Source: Chloropicon primus (Eukaryota). From it: a stretch of DNA of 64,000 nucleotides. Location: the NCBI GenBank assembly GCA_023205875.1, contig CP060757.1, positions 558,001-622,000 on the forward strand, given 5' to 3'. Numbering within the stretch: position 1 is the stretch's first letter; each line of letters opens with the position of its first letter. Below the pieces are notes generated by a model that ran no database searches, had not been told where the DNA came from, and saw only the letters and a program-made list of their open reading frames with translations. A program made the translations under genes and the position numbers. This document shows, piece after piece, positions 1 to 8,684 of the stretch.

Positions 1-243
1 CCTCCCCGAGGGCCTCCTCGCCCAAAAGGAGGAGCAGGAGAAGCAGCAGGAGAAGCAGGAGGAGGAGGAGGAGGAGGAGGGTTAGGTTAGGGAGGAGGAG
101 GAGGAGGATAGAGCAGCAGCAGCAGCAGCAGCAGCAGCCTTTCTTTCTTTTTGATCTAATGTGTAATCCATATACTAAAATTTTTCTTCTTCTTCTTCTT
201 CTTCTTCTTCTTGGGGAGGGAGCCCGCCTCGAGCTCAGAGAAC

Positions 244-1326
244 TCAATCCGAGTTCGCCTCGACGGACTCCTTCTTCTTCTCCTTCTTCCCAAAGCCCTT
301 GGCGGCAGCGGCGCTCTGCACCAGGGGCGTGTCCTCCAGGATCCCCTTGACGTAGACCTTCCCCTTCTCGACGAACCCGGTCTCCTTGGCGAACCTCTCG
401 ATCTCCTCCTTGTCGCACTGCAGGATGACGTCGGTCCACTTGTCGTCGTCGCTCGTCACCATCTTGACCTTGGCCTCCTCGGTCCTCGTCCCGTTGCTCA
501 TGTAGTACGCGTAGGACCCCGGGGTGAGGAGCAGCATGGTGTACCACCAGCTGCCCACGCTGGGGTAGATCGTGGAGAGCACGAGGGCGATGGAGGCGAG
601 GCCGAGGAACACGTAGAACGCCAGCGCAATCCCCTGGCCCCGGTTGGCCTCGTACACGCCCTGGAAGGTGATGACCTCGCCCGTCTCCGCGATCTTGTAG
701 TTGTACTTGGTGAAGTAGGTCGCCACGACGCTCGCGACCTCGTCCAGCCCCCCCCCCTGCGCGGGGCCGGGGACCTGGAACGTCATGCTCTTCACGGAGG
801 CCTTGGGCGCCCGCTTGACGAGGGACCACAGCCCCGGGGCCGTCAGGACGACGAGGCCGAGGGAGGCCCAGTACGAGCCCGCGTCTCCCGCGAACGTCCC
901 CAAGTCCGGGGAGGAAGGCAGGGAGGAAGGCAGGGAGGAAGGCAGGGCGTCGGCGAGGGCCGGGTCGCTCAGCGCGGTGGCGACAGCGTCCGCCGAGGAG
1001 GAAGGCAGGGCGTCGGCGAGGGCCGGGTCGCTCAGCGCGGTGGCGACAGCGTCCGCCGAGGAGGAAGGCAGGGCGTCGGCGAGGGCCGGGTCGCTCAGCG
1101 CGGTGGCGACAGCGTCCGCCGAGGACGAAGGCAGGGCGTCCGCAGACGCCGCCTCCTCCACGAGGGCGAGCAGGAGGAGCTCCTGCACGCCGAGCGCCGA
1201 GGAGCGGCTCCTCAGCCTCCGCGGGGCTCTGAGGCGCAGCCTCGACTGCGCGAGCCTCGGCCCGCCGATTCGCGTGACCGCCGCGTCCTTCCTCGCCAGT
1301 GGCGCAGAGCCAGCACCACCAGCCAT
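244..1326 (-). CDS. CCB1: Cofactor assembly of complex C subunit B CCB1 (plastid, cytochrome b6 heme ci attachment)
   Basis: 360-aa ORF with a transit-peptide-like N-terminus and a core resembling CCB1/DUF3529 (YWASLGLVVLTAPGLWSLVKRA...ITFQGVYEANRGQ...YYM...R.EE.KVKM...EEIERF..E.G..EKGKVYVKG). Confidence 0.85.
   Translation of the reverse strand: MAGGAGSAPLARKDAAVTRIGGPRLAQSRLRLRAPRRLRSRSSALGVQELLLLALVEEAASADALPSSSADAVATALSDPALADALPSSSADAVATALSDPALADALPSSSADAVATALSDPALADALPSSLPSSLPSSPDLGTFAGDAGSYWASLGLVVLTAPGLWSLVKRAPKASVKSMTFQVPGPAQGGGLDEVASVVATYFTKYNYKIAETGEVITFQGVYEANRGQGIALAFYVFLGLASIALVLSTIYPSVGSWWYTMLLLTPGSYAYYMSNGTRTEEAKVKMVTSDDDKWTDVILQCDKEEIERFAKETGFVEKGKVYVKGILEDTPLVQSAAAAKGFGKKEKKKESVEANSD
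930..1145 (-). repeat. 60-bp in-frame tandem repeat (~3 copies) inside CCB1
   Basis: Unit encodes SSSADAVATALSDPALADALP; near-identical copies visible directly. Confidence 0.9.
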
Positions 1327-1677
1327 CGTGTGAGCGATTACCTTGCCAGTTCCTCCTGTCTTCTTGTCTTGTTGTTTTGTGGGACGCGGATTGTGGGAGT
1401 GCAGATGCTGCTGCTGCTGCTACGCGGCGCGGCGCGGCTCCTCTGTGCGTGCGGGTGTCCAAAATCCCAGACGCCTTCGCTCGCGCTCCGGTGGATGCGG
1501 GGTTCGTCGCCCTCCTCCTCGTCCCGCTTGTGGCTCACAGGAGCCCCCCCTCGGCTTGTGGATAGGGCACGGCGACGACGACGGGGGGGTCCATCTCTAT
1601 ATATTCAAGAAATTGTCGTTCATCATGTTTGTTTAAGTGTAACTTTGGTGGTACACTAAAAAACCGCGTTAGCTCAG

Positions 1678-1755
1678 GTACGTCTCAGGAAGAAAAACCT
1701 CGCCACCCGACGTTGAATCTCCCACTGACATGCGAATTTCGTCCGATCTATGTAG
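1678..1755 (+). other. 78-nt D-loop intron of tRNA-Lys with spliceosomal GT-AG signals
   Basis: Donor CAG|GTACGT, branch ACTGAC (1724-1729), acceptor TGTAG|; removal restores the D-arm and acceptor stem. Confidence 0.8.
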
Positions 1756-1778
1756 TTTGGTAGAGCGCCAGACTTTTA

Positions 1779-1816
1779 CTCTTAGTACGGGGATCTACTC
1801 TCGAAAAAGTCCAGTT
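1779..1816 (+). other. Canonical 37/38 tRNA intron (38 nt)
   Basis: Starts one nt after the anticodon; intron G1814 (antepenultimate) can form the anticodon-intron pair with C32; AAAAGTC is complementary to GACTTTT. Confidence 0.85.
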
Positions 1817-2152
1817 ATCTGGTGGTCGTGGGTTCGAGCCCCACATGCGGTGTCACCGCGGCGAAACAACAGTCGCCTCTCCTCTTGCTCCGTGAGACAA
1901 AGGTTCGGTGAGAGACGTTAGTTAGACGGTCGAGAGAGAAAGAGCCGCCGGCCGTAACGCCAAAGCCGCGGCCGACGAGTACGGCGACGAGAAGACCACG
2001 ACCAGAGAGAGAGAGAGAAAGCGATGAGTTCGAGTTACCTCCTGGAATACTTCAGCCGCTGGTTGCCGCCGAGGCCGACGAAGAAGAGGAGACTGACGAA
2101 TACTGGGTCCCACGTCCGACGTTGCGACGTCATTTGAGGGAGGCCTTGGCCG

Positions 2153-3175
2153 TTACAACTTTACTTTGATCTTTGTTGATCTTTGATGATCTTCTCGTGA
2201 CTGTTCTTGGTCCGCCTCCTCCCCCTCGTCCACGTCCTGGTCCTCGTCCGCACCTCGGGGCTTGCGGCTGAGCTCGCTGTCGAAGAACACGTTGGCGACC
2301 ACGAGGATGTCGTTGAAGGAGTCCTGGAGGTACTTGTCCAATTCCCTGATGCGCCCGAACCTGTCGCGGTTGTCCCCAATCGTGATGTACTCCTGAAAAG
2401 CCCTCAGCTTCACCGCCGGGTCGTCGCTCAGATCTGTGATGCGCTGCACCGCTTCCAGGACGTCCTGGTACTCGCGGAGCTCGCTCCTCCTCCGGCCGTA
2501 CACGAGGCGCACGGTTTCGGCCATGTTCGCCCGGCAGGCCCTCGCCACGAGGGCCTCGTCCACGTGCCAGTGGCACTTGGCGCCCTTGGCGGAGGCTCCA
2601 CCGCCCTCTCGCCCCGCCTGTTGGACGAAGCCCGCGAAGAAGAGCTGGACCAGGGCGGCCCGGACCCCCTTGATGGACGCGAAGACCAGAGGCTGGATCT
2701 CCTTGGACGACAAGGGGCCGGACGTGGGGCACTCGACCCTGAGCAGCCGGAAGATCCTCCTGGGCAGCGGGCCGAGGCTCTTCCCCTCCGTCTGCACCTG
2801 ACCGAGCTTTTGCTCGACCAGGGCCTCGGCGTGGGCGAGCTGCAGCTCGGACCAAAAGCCTTGGAAGCCGAACGAGTAGCGGCCCGCGACCTTGCGGAGG
2901 AACCCCCACGAGTGCCCGCACAGGCGGCCCAGGCCGCCCTCGACCGTGGCTCTGTCCGGCAGGGCCAACGACTCCTCCTCCTCCTCGCGACGGAGCGCCT
3001 GCCAGAGCGCCTGGCAGACTTCGTTCAGGGAAAACTGGCAAGGGCCGTCCCACCAAATGCCCCAGCCCCCCGCGGCGTGCCTCCTCCGCCTGTAGGCCAG
3101 GATCAGACCCCGGAAGGCGGCCACGTCCCGCGTAGATCCCCAGATCTCGTCCCTGAAACTGAGTCGCTCCTTCTC

Positions 3176-3206
<31 letters not shown>

Positions 3207-4261
3207 TCTTCGTCGTCGTCTTCGTCGTCGTGGCCGTATTGCTCCTCGGCCCACCCCACGGAGTAATCCTCCTTGAAGCGATCGTGGAACTCCTGGGCGT
3301 TGACCCTCCACAGCACGCTGGGCTCCTTGCGCTCCCCAAAGTCGAGCTCGAACTTCTCCTCGAACATCTCGTCGTAAGCCGCCGTGGCCTTGGACCACTG
3401 CTCCTTCCTCTCCGGGACCACCTCCGCGAGGCCCTTGTGCCCCCGCTTCATGCTCTGCTTGACGGACCTCAGCTCCCACGGCGGGGGGAGCTGAGCCGAG
3501 GGCACCCTCTCCACGTAACGCCTCGTCACCAGCTTGTCGAACACGTCGCCAAAGTCGTCCTTGCCGAAGCCTAACTGGGGCTCCGCTTCATCGCAGAGCC
3601 CCTTGCTCACGTCGACCGCTTCGCTTCTGCTCAGCCTGCCGTGGACGATCAGGGTCTCCAGGACGTACTCCCCGACCTTGCCCAAGTCGGAGGACTTTAT
3701 CTCGAGCATCAAGGTCGGGAAGCTCGTCAGCACGAACGCGTAGTCCGTGTCCAGCATGTAGATGAAGTGCTTCTCCTCCACGAGCACCGGCTCCGAGAGC
3801 TCCCCGCGGGGCCTGGCGGGCAATCTCCCCTGCTCGGCGGTCTGACCCTCCTCCCGGACCACCAGCCTCGTGCACAGGTAGGTCCGAACCACGTTCAGCT
3901 TGGTGAGTATCCAGAGGGTATGCTTCACGCCCTCCTCGCAGATCTTCCCCCCGGCCTCGTCCCTCGCGTTCTCCGCGATCTCCTCGAGGGTCGCATTCCC
4001 TCTCGCGGCCAACACCCTGGCCACCGCCCCAGCCACTTTGCCGAACTTGTCCTCCACGTGAAACACGAACAACTCCAGCTCCTCCGGCGTGGCCACGCCG
4101 GCGCGCGCCGACGAAGCAGCCTGCTCCCCGTGTCCCTCGCCGTCGCGAAAAGGCGGCGTCGACGCCGGGCCTTCCGCGGGCCATTGCCTCCCGGGTTTGG
4201 CCGCACTCTTGGACTTTGGCTTCCCCTTCTTCTTCGACTTGGACGACTTCGACCTCGCCAT
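2153..4261 (-). CDS. RPC3: RNA polymerase III subunit RPC3 (C82/POLR3C)
   Basis: Winged-helix-type motifs (VEDKFGKVAGAV..VL..RG..TL; ETLIVHGRL; FDKLV.RRYVERVP; WRVN..EF; RRIFRLL); first ATG at 4261. Confidence 0.75.
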
Positions 4262-4519
4262 CTCTGCCTCGATCTCTCTCCTCTCTCTTCCCGGTTCTGC
4301 GTGCGTTTTCTTTTCTGGTCGAGACGCCAAACAAAACACGAGTCGAGCGAGGTGTCTACCGAAACGTGTCAAGACGCTTTCGTCCGCGCGCCCGTGACCC
4401 CTTCCTCCTCTCTCCTCCCTACTCCAACCCAACCGGCGAGGCGAGCGAGCGTTACAGACAAGACAGCAGCCCCTGGGGGGTTCGTTTCGATCTTTTTTCG
4501 CGATGGACAGGCTGTGAAA

Positions 4520-5509
4520 GAGGAGGGAGGGACAAGGTGGTGGAGGAGGGCAAGAAGGCTGGGAAGAAGGGGGGAGGTGCCCTGAGAGACTTCAGCAGGA
4601 GGATCCTCCTCGGCGTGCTCTGCCAGGTTGCGGCCTTCGTCTTGGGCAATGTCCAGGACAAGGTAAGGGGGCGTGGGTTGTGGGGATGGGAGCAAACAGA
4701 GGCACAGGCACACACACGCGCTGCAGTAGCAGGGTCTTCTGGGAAAAGGTTTCGTCCTCTTTTTATTGACACGCTTTGCTGTCTCTTCTCTCCTCTCCTC
4801 TCCTTTCCTTTTCTTTTCTTCCACCACCACCACCATCATCATCACAATAACAACAACGACAACGACAGAGAGAGGAAGACTCTCTCTGCACGGTGAACTT
4901 GGAGGTGCACCTGAAGAAGGGCTACGAGCCGTGGACGAAGCTCTTCGACGAGGACGCGAAGAACAGGGCGGCGATCTGCGACGAGTCGAGGACGACGGTC
5001 GCCAAGGTGAGCGAGAAGCTCGCGATCGTCATCCTTCACGGCGTGCGGTTGGCCAAGTTCAATGCGTTCGTCCAAAACAAGGATTTTGCGAAGATGGTAA
5101 AGCCCTACGTGGAGAAACACGTGCCCACTGTGACTCTGACTCTGACCATGAGAGAGAGAGAGAGAGAGAGAAGGAAAGCAGAGTCTTCCTTCCTCTTCGA
5201 GTCGATCCCAGCAGCACGCCGGGTTGGCGAGGGTCCGCCTGGCGTCTTCGCCTGCAACAGACCAAGGGCGGGGAACCACAAGGGCAAGTTGATCGCCTTG
5301 CAAAAAAAAAAACAGAATGGATTACGACCAAGCAAGCCCGATGCCGATTGTCGATGTCCCCTTGCTTCTTTTTCGTCTCCACTCTCCTGGACCTGAAAAA
5401 CCTCTCTCTCCTCCCCATGACGGACACCCCTCGAAGCCCCAAGCGCGATTTCTACGCGAAAAGGGAAAGATATTCGAGGCAAAAATTGACGGCTGGCATG
5501 ATCTGGTGA
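4520..5509 (+). CDS. Multi-exon hypothetical protein (start not resolved)
   Basis: Coding-like segments joined by GT-AG introns (e.g. 4663-4868, donor at ~5097); no recognisable domain. Confidence 0.35.
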
Positions 5510-5665
5510 CCAGGTTGTAACGCCTCATCGAGGAGGAGCAGGAGCGAAGCACAAAACAAGGTCTGTCTTTGGCGCCGCTCGCCGAGGAAGAGAGAGAGAG
5601 AGAGAACGTGAACGTGAACGTGAACTTTTGAGTTGATTGTCCAAACGATCGACATTGCGGAAGGG

Positions 5666-7930
5666 ATGATGAGGAGAACGAGCATTGCGTTGATCGCGGC
5701 CTTGCTGGTCGTGGTGACGGCGGTGCCATTGGGGCACGCCGCCACGAGAACGCTCCTGGACGACGCCGGTGACTTCAAGCAGGGAAGCGACGAGTGCATC
5801 TACCAGAACAGCACGGATTCCATCGTCAGCATCGCCACGGGCAACGAGGACTTCTCCACCCTGGTCGCCGCGCTCAAGGCCGCCGACCTGGTCGGTGCCT
5901 TTGACGACAACTCGCAGAAGGTCACCGTGTTCGCCCCGACCAACGAGGCGTTCGAGAAGTTCTTCACCGCCACCGGCCTCAAGCCCGAGGACGTGTTGGC
6001 CAACAAGGAGCTGCTGACGGAGGTCCTCAAGTACCACGTCTCCGGCAAGGTGTTCCCGGCCCCCATTGCGTCGGGGACCGAGATTCCCACCTTGGAGGGA
6101 ACCAGCTTGACCGAGGGAGCCGACGGTACGATCGCTGCGGCCGGATCCAACGCCACCATCACCACGCCCAACGTGTACGCGTGCAACGGCGTGGTCCAGA
6201 TCATCGACGCCGTGTTGATTCCTCAGGTCGCGCTCGACGCCCTCGCCGGCGCCAGCAACGACACCGAGGCAGCCCCCGCCACCAACGACACGGCCCCCGC
6301 CACCAACGACACCGAGCCAGAGGCCCCCGTCAGCGACGACGGAAGGAGGAGTCTGCTGCAGACGAGGGAGGATGCCCAGGACATCGGCGAGTTTGCCGTG
6401 GGACCTGCTGACCAGGCCATCGACGCGGTGCAGGGAGCCGAGACGGTCGCCGAGGAGGCCCAGGAAATTGCCACCGAGGAGGGAACCGCGGCCATGCCGT
6501 CCGACCCCGCCCTGGAGGAGGGAACCGCGGCCATGCCATCCGACCCCGCCCTGGAGGAGGGAACCGCCACCATGCCATCCGACCCCGCCCTGGAGGAGGG
6601 AACCGCCGTCATGCCGATCGTGGACAACGCCACGGAGGCCGGAGACGCCAACGCGACGATCCCCGTCGTGCCCGTCGTGCCCGCCGACGGTGACTTCAAG
6701 CAGGGAAGCGACGAGTGCATCTACCAGAACAGCACGGATTCCATCGTCAGCATCGCCACGGGCAACGAGGACTTCTCCACCCTGGTCGCCGCGCTCAAGG
6801 CCGCCGACCTGGTCGGTGCCTTTGACGACAACTCGCAGAAGGTCACCGTGTTCGCCCCGACCAACGAGGCGTTCGAGAAGTTCTTCACCGCCACCGGCCT
6901 CAAGCCCGAGGACGTGTTGGCCAACAAGGAGCTGCTGACGGAGGTCCTCAAGTACCACGTCTCCGGCAAGGTGTTCCCGGCCCCCATCGCGTCGGGGACC
7001 GAGATTCCCACCTTGGAGGGAACCAGTTTGACCGCAGGGGATGACAACACGATCATTGCGGCCGGATCCAACGCCACCATCACCACGCCCAACGTGTACG
7101 CGTGCAACGGCGTGGTCCAGATCATCGACGCCGTGTTGATTCCTCAGGTCGCGCTCGACGCCCTCGCCGGCGCCAGCAACGACACCGAGGGCGGAAGGAG
7201 GAGCCTGCTGCAGTTCGACGCGCCACCCACTACGGATGAGATCCCCGCCCCCGTGACGGACAACGCCACCGAGCCAGAGGCCCCTGCCGCGGACGCCACC
7301 CCTGTCGCCGCGGACGCCACCCCTGTCGCCGCGGACGCCACCCCTGTCGCGGATGCCACCCCTGACGCCGCCCCAGAGGCCTCCGCTTACAACCAGGGAA
7401 GCGACGAATGCATCTACTCCGACCACACAGCGACCCTCGTGGAGACTGCTGCTGGAGTCCCCGACTTTTCCACCCTGGTCGCTGCGCTCAAGGCCGCCGA
7501 CCTGGTCGGTGCCTTTGACGACAACTCCCAGAAGGTCACCGTGTTCGCCCCGACCAACGAGGCGTTTGACAAGCTCTTCTCCGAGTTCAACGTCACCGCT
7601 GAGGAGGTCCTGGGCAACAAGAAGTTCCTCGCTGACGTCCTCAAGTACCACGTCTCTGGGCAGGTGTACCCATTCTCCTCGCTCGCCGATGGAGAGGAGA
7701 TTGCCACCCTGCTCAAGGGCGAGAGCCTCGGAGTCAGCACAAGCCAGGTCCAGAACACCGTGTACTCCTTTGGCTTCCCCATCGGAACCACTGCCAGCGA
7801 GTCCGTCACCCTCCTCGGAGGGGCCACCAACGCCACCATCGTGCAAGGGAACGTGTGGGCCTGCAATGCTGTCATCCAGGTCATCGACTCCGTGCTGGTG
7901 CCTCAGTCCGCCATCAGCAGCGACCAGTAA
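5666..7930 (+). CDS. Secreted fasciclin (FAS1) protein with three FAS1 domains
   Basis: Signal peptide; three copies of FSTLVAALKAADL..TVFAPTNEAF..VLKYHV..NG/AV.QIID.VL; acidic Pro/Ala/Thr-rich linkers. Confidence 0.9.
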   Translation: MMRRTSIALIAALLVVVTAVPLGHAATRTLLDDAGDFKQGSDECIYQNSTDSIVSIATGNEDFSTLVAALKAADLVGAFDDNSQKVTVFAPTNEAFEKFFTATGLKPEDVLANKELLTEVLKYHVSGKVFPAPIASGTEIPTLEGTSLTEGADGTIAAAGSNATITTPNVYACNGVVQIIDAVLIPQVALDALAGASNDTEAAPATNDTAPATNDTEPEAPVSDDGRRSLLQTREDAQDIGEFAVGPADQAIDAVQGAETVAEEAQEIATEEGTAAMPSDPALEEGTAAMPSDPALEEGTATMPSDPALEEGTAVMPIVDNATEAGDANATIPVVPVVPADGDFKQGSDECIYQNSTDSIVSIATGNEDFSTLVAALKAADLVGAFDDNSQKVTVFAPTNEAFEKFFTATGLKPEDVLANKELLTEVLKYHVSGKVFPAPIASGTEIPTLEGTSLTAGDDNTIIAAGSNATITTPNVYACNGVVQIIDAVLIPQVALDALAGASNDTEGGRRSLLQFDAPPTTDEIPAPVTDNATEPEAPAADATPVAADATPVAADATPVADATPDAAPEASAYNQGSDECIYSDHTATLVETAAGVPDFSTLVAALKAADLVGAFDDNSQKVTVFAPTNEAFDKLFSEFNVTAEEVLGNKKFLADVLKYHVSGQVYPFSSLADGEEIATLLKGESLGVSTSQVQNTVYSFGFPIGTTASESVTLLGGATNATIVQGNVWACNAVIQVIDSVLVPQSAISSDQ
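5768..7190 (+). repeat. Near-identical ~500-bp internal duplication (5768-6269 vs 6689-7190) encoding FAS1 domains 1 and 2
   Basis: Direct comparison, offset 921 bp; differences cluster in one short patch. Confidence 0.9.
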
Positions 7931-8173
7931 GGGGTCGGTTGCTTTTCTTGCCGCCAAGAAAGAGATCGAATGAATGAAGCAAGAGAATTGATAAACGGCA
8001 CTGGTGACAAGAAGAGGGTCCCCTCATAAACACAGCCAATCTGTTTTTACAAATCTTTCGCAATGCTTCATCATCATCATCACCCGCGTTAGCGTCCTCC
8101 CTACCCCTCGAAAAACCAAAAAGTCTGCAAGTCTGACGGCGCAGGCCAGAGAGAGAGAGAGGGAGAGGGAAGG

Positions 8174-8620
8174 ATGAGGAAGGGCCCGGAGCGCTCGGGC
8201 AAACCCGGGCACTTGTCCGTCGAGGAGAGGAAGAGGAGGAAGAAGAATCTCCAGGAGCGGCAAAGGGCTCTGGAGAACAAGAAGGCAAGAGCGCTGAAAC
8301 AGATGGGCGTCGTTGCCTCAGGGCCAAGGGAAGGAGAGCCGAGGGAGGGCGAGGCGAGGGAGGGGAAGAGTCCACCGCCACGGCGCAGGGACCACCGGGG
8401 AAAGGCAGGCGTCGCCGACGGGGCCCAGAGGCCTCTTGGGGCCAAGCTTGGCAGGAAGACGGGGGAGCGGGACAGGAGGCTCAAGGTGAAGCACAAGCAG
8501 CAGCCTCCTCCGCATCAGAAGAAGGCCGCCGCGAAGACCAAGATGATGTACAAGAAGACGAGGAAGGGGCAACCGGTCATGAAGCACAGGATCGAGGACA
8601 TTCTCTCGAAGATCAGCTAA
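8174..8620 (+). CDS. Basic rRNA-processing protein, FYV7/CCDC59-like
   Basis: Lys/Arg-rich 148 aa ending KKTRKGQPVMKHRIEDILSKI, the family's typical C-terminal motif. Confidence 0.65.
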   Translation: MRKGPERSGKPGHLSVEERKRRKKNLQERQRALENKKARALKQMGVVASGPREGEPREGEAREGKSPPPRRRDHRGKAGVADGAQRPLGAKLGRKTGERDRRLKVKHKQQPPPHQKKAAAKTKMMYKKTRKGQPVMKHRIEDILSKIS

Positions 8621-8684
8621 AGTCAACATTCTAGGTTTCGTTTGTTTACAGCTTGTATACGGACTACGTTTGTATATGTTTATC

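Larger units (their letters stand above)
1663..1852 (+). tRNA. trnK-UUU: tRNA-Lys(UUU) with two introns (exons 1663-1677, 1756-1778, 1817-1852)
   Basis: Spliced cloverleaf: acceptor ACCGCGT(1663-69)/ATGCGGT(1845-51), T8A9, D-stem GCTC(1672-75)/GAGC(1763-66), D-loop AG|TTTGGTA, anticodon stem CCAGA/TCTGG, loop CT-TTT-A|A, variable TGGTC, T-arm GTGGG-TTCGAGC-CCCAC, discriminator G1852. Confidence 0.9.

Noticed and set aside
1..140. 3' end of a gene entering the window
   Set aside because: Low-complexity GGA/GCA repeats; frame and product cannot be supported.
1741..1852. Contiguous tRNA starting at 1741 with no D-loop intron
   Set aside because: GTCCGAT does not pair with ATGCGGT and ATGT does not pair with GAGC; only 1663-1677 completes both stems.
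1853..1875. Permuted tRNA (ACCGCG recurs just after the 3' end)
   Set aside because: It is not followed by TAGCTCAG, so it cannot supply a 5' half.
1663..4261. Functional linkage between the odd tRNA and the adjacent Pol III subunit gene
   Set aside because: Adjacency alone is no evidence in a eukaryotic genome.
4885..4895. Non-canonical CG intron acceptor before GTGAAC
   Set aside because: An in-frame canonical CAG acceptor exists at 4868.
5525..7957. Long antisense or alternate-frame ORFs (e.g. 810 aa here; also 211-1659, 9777-11282, 34022-35845, 49150-50634)
   Set aside because: Shadows of GC3-rich coding strands with no recognisable domains.
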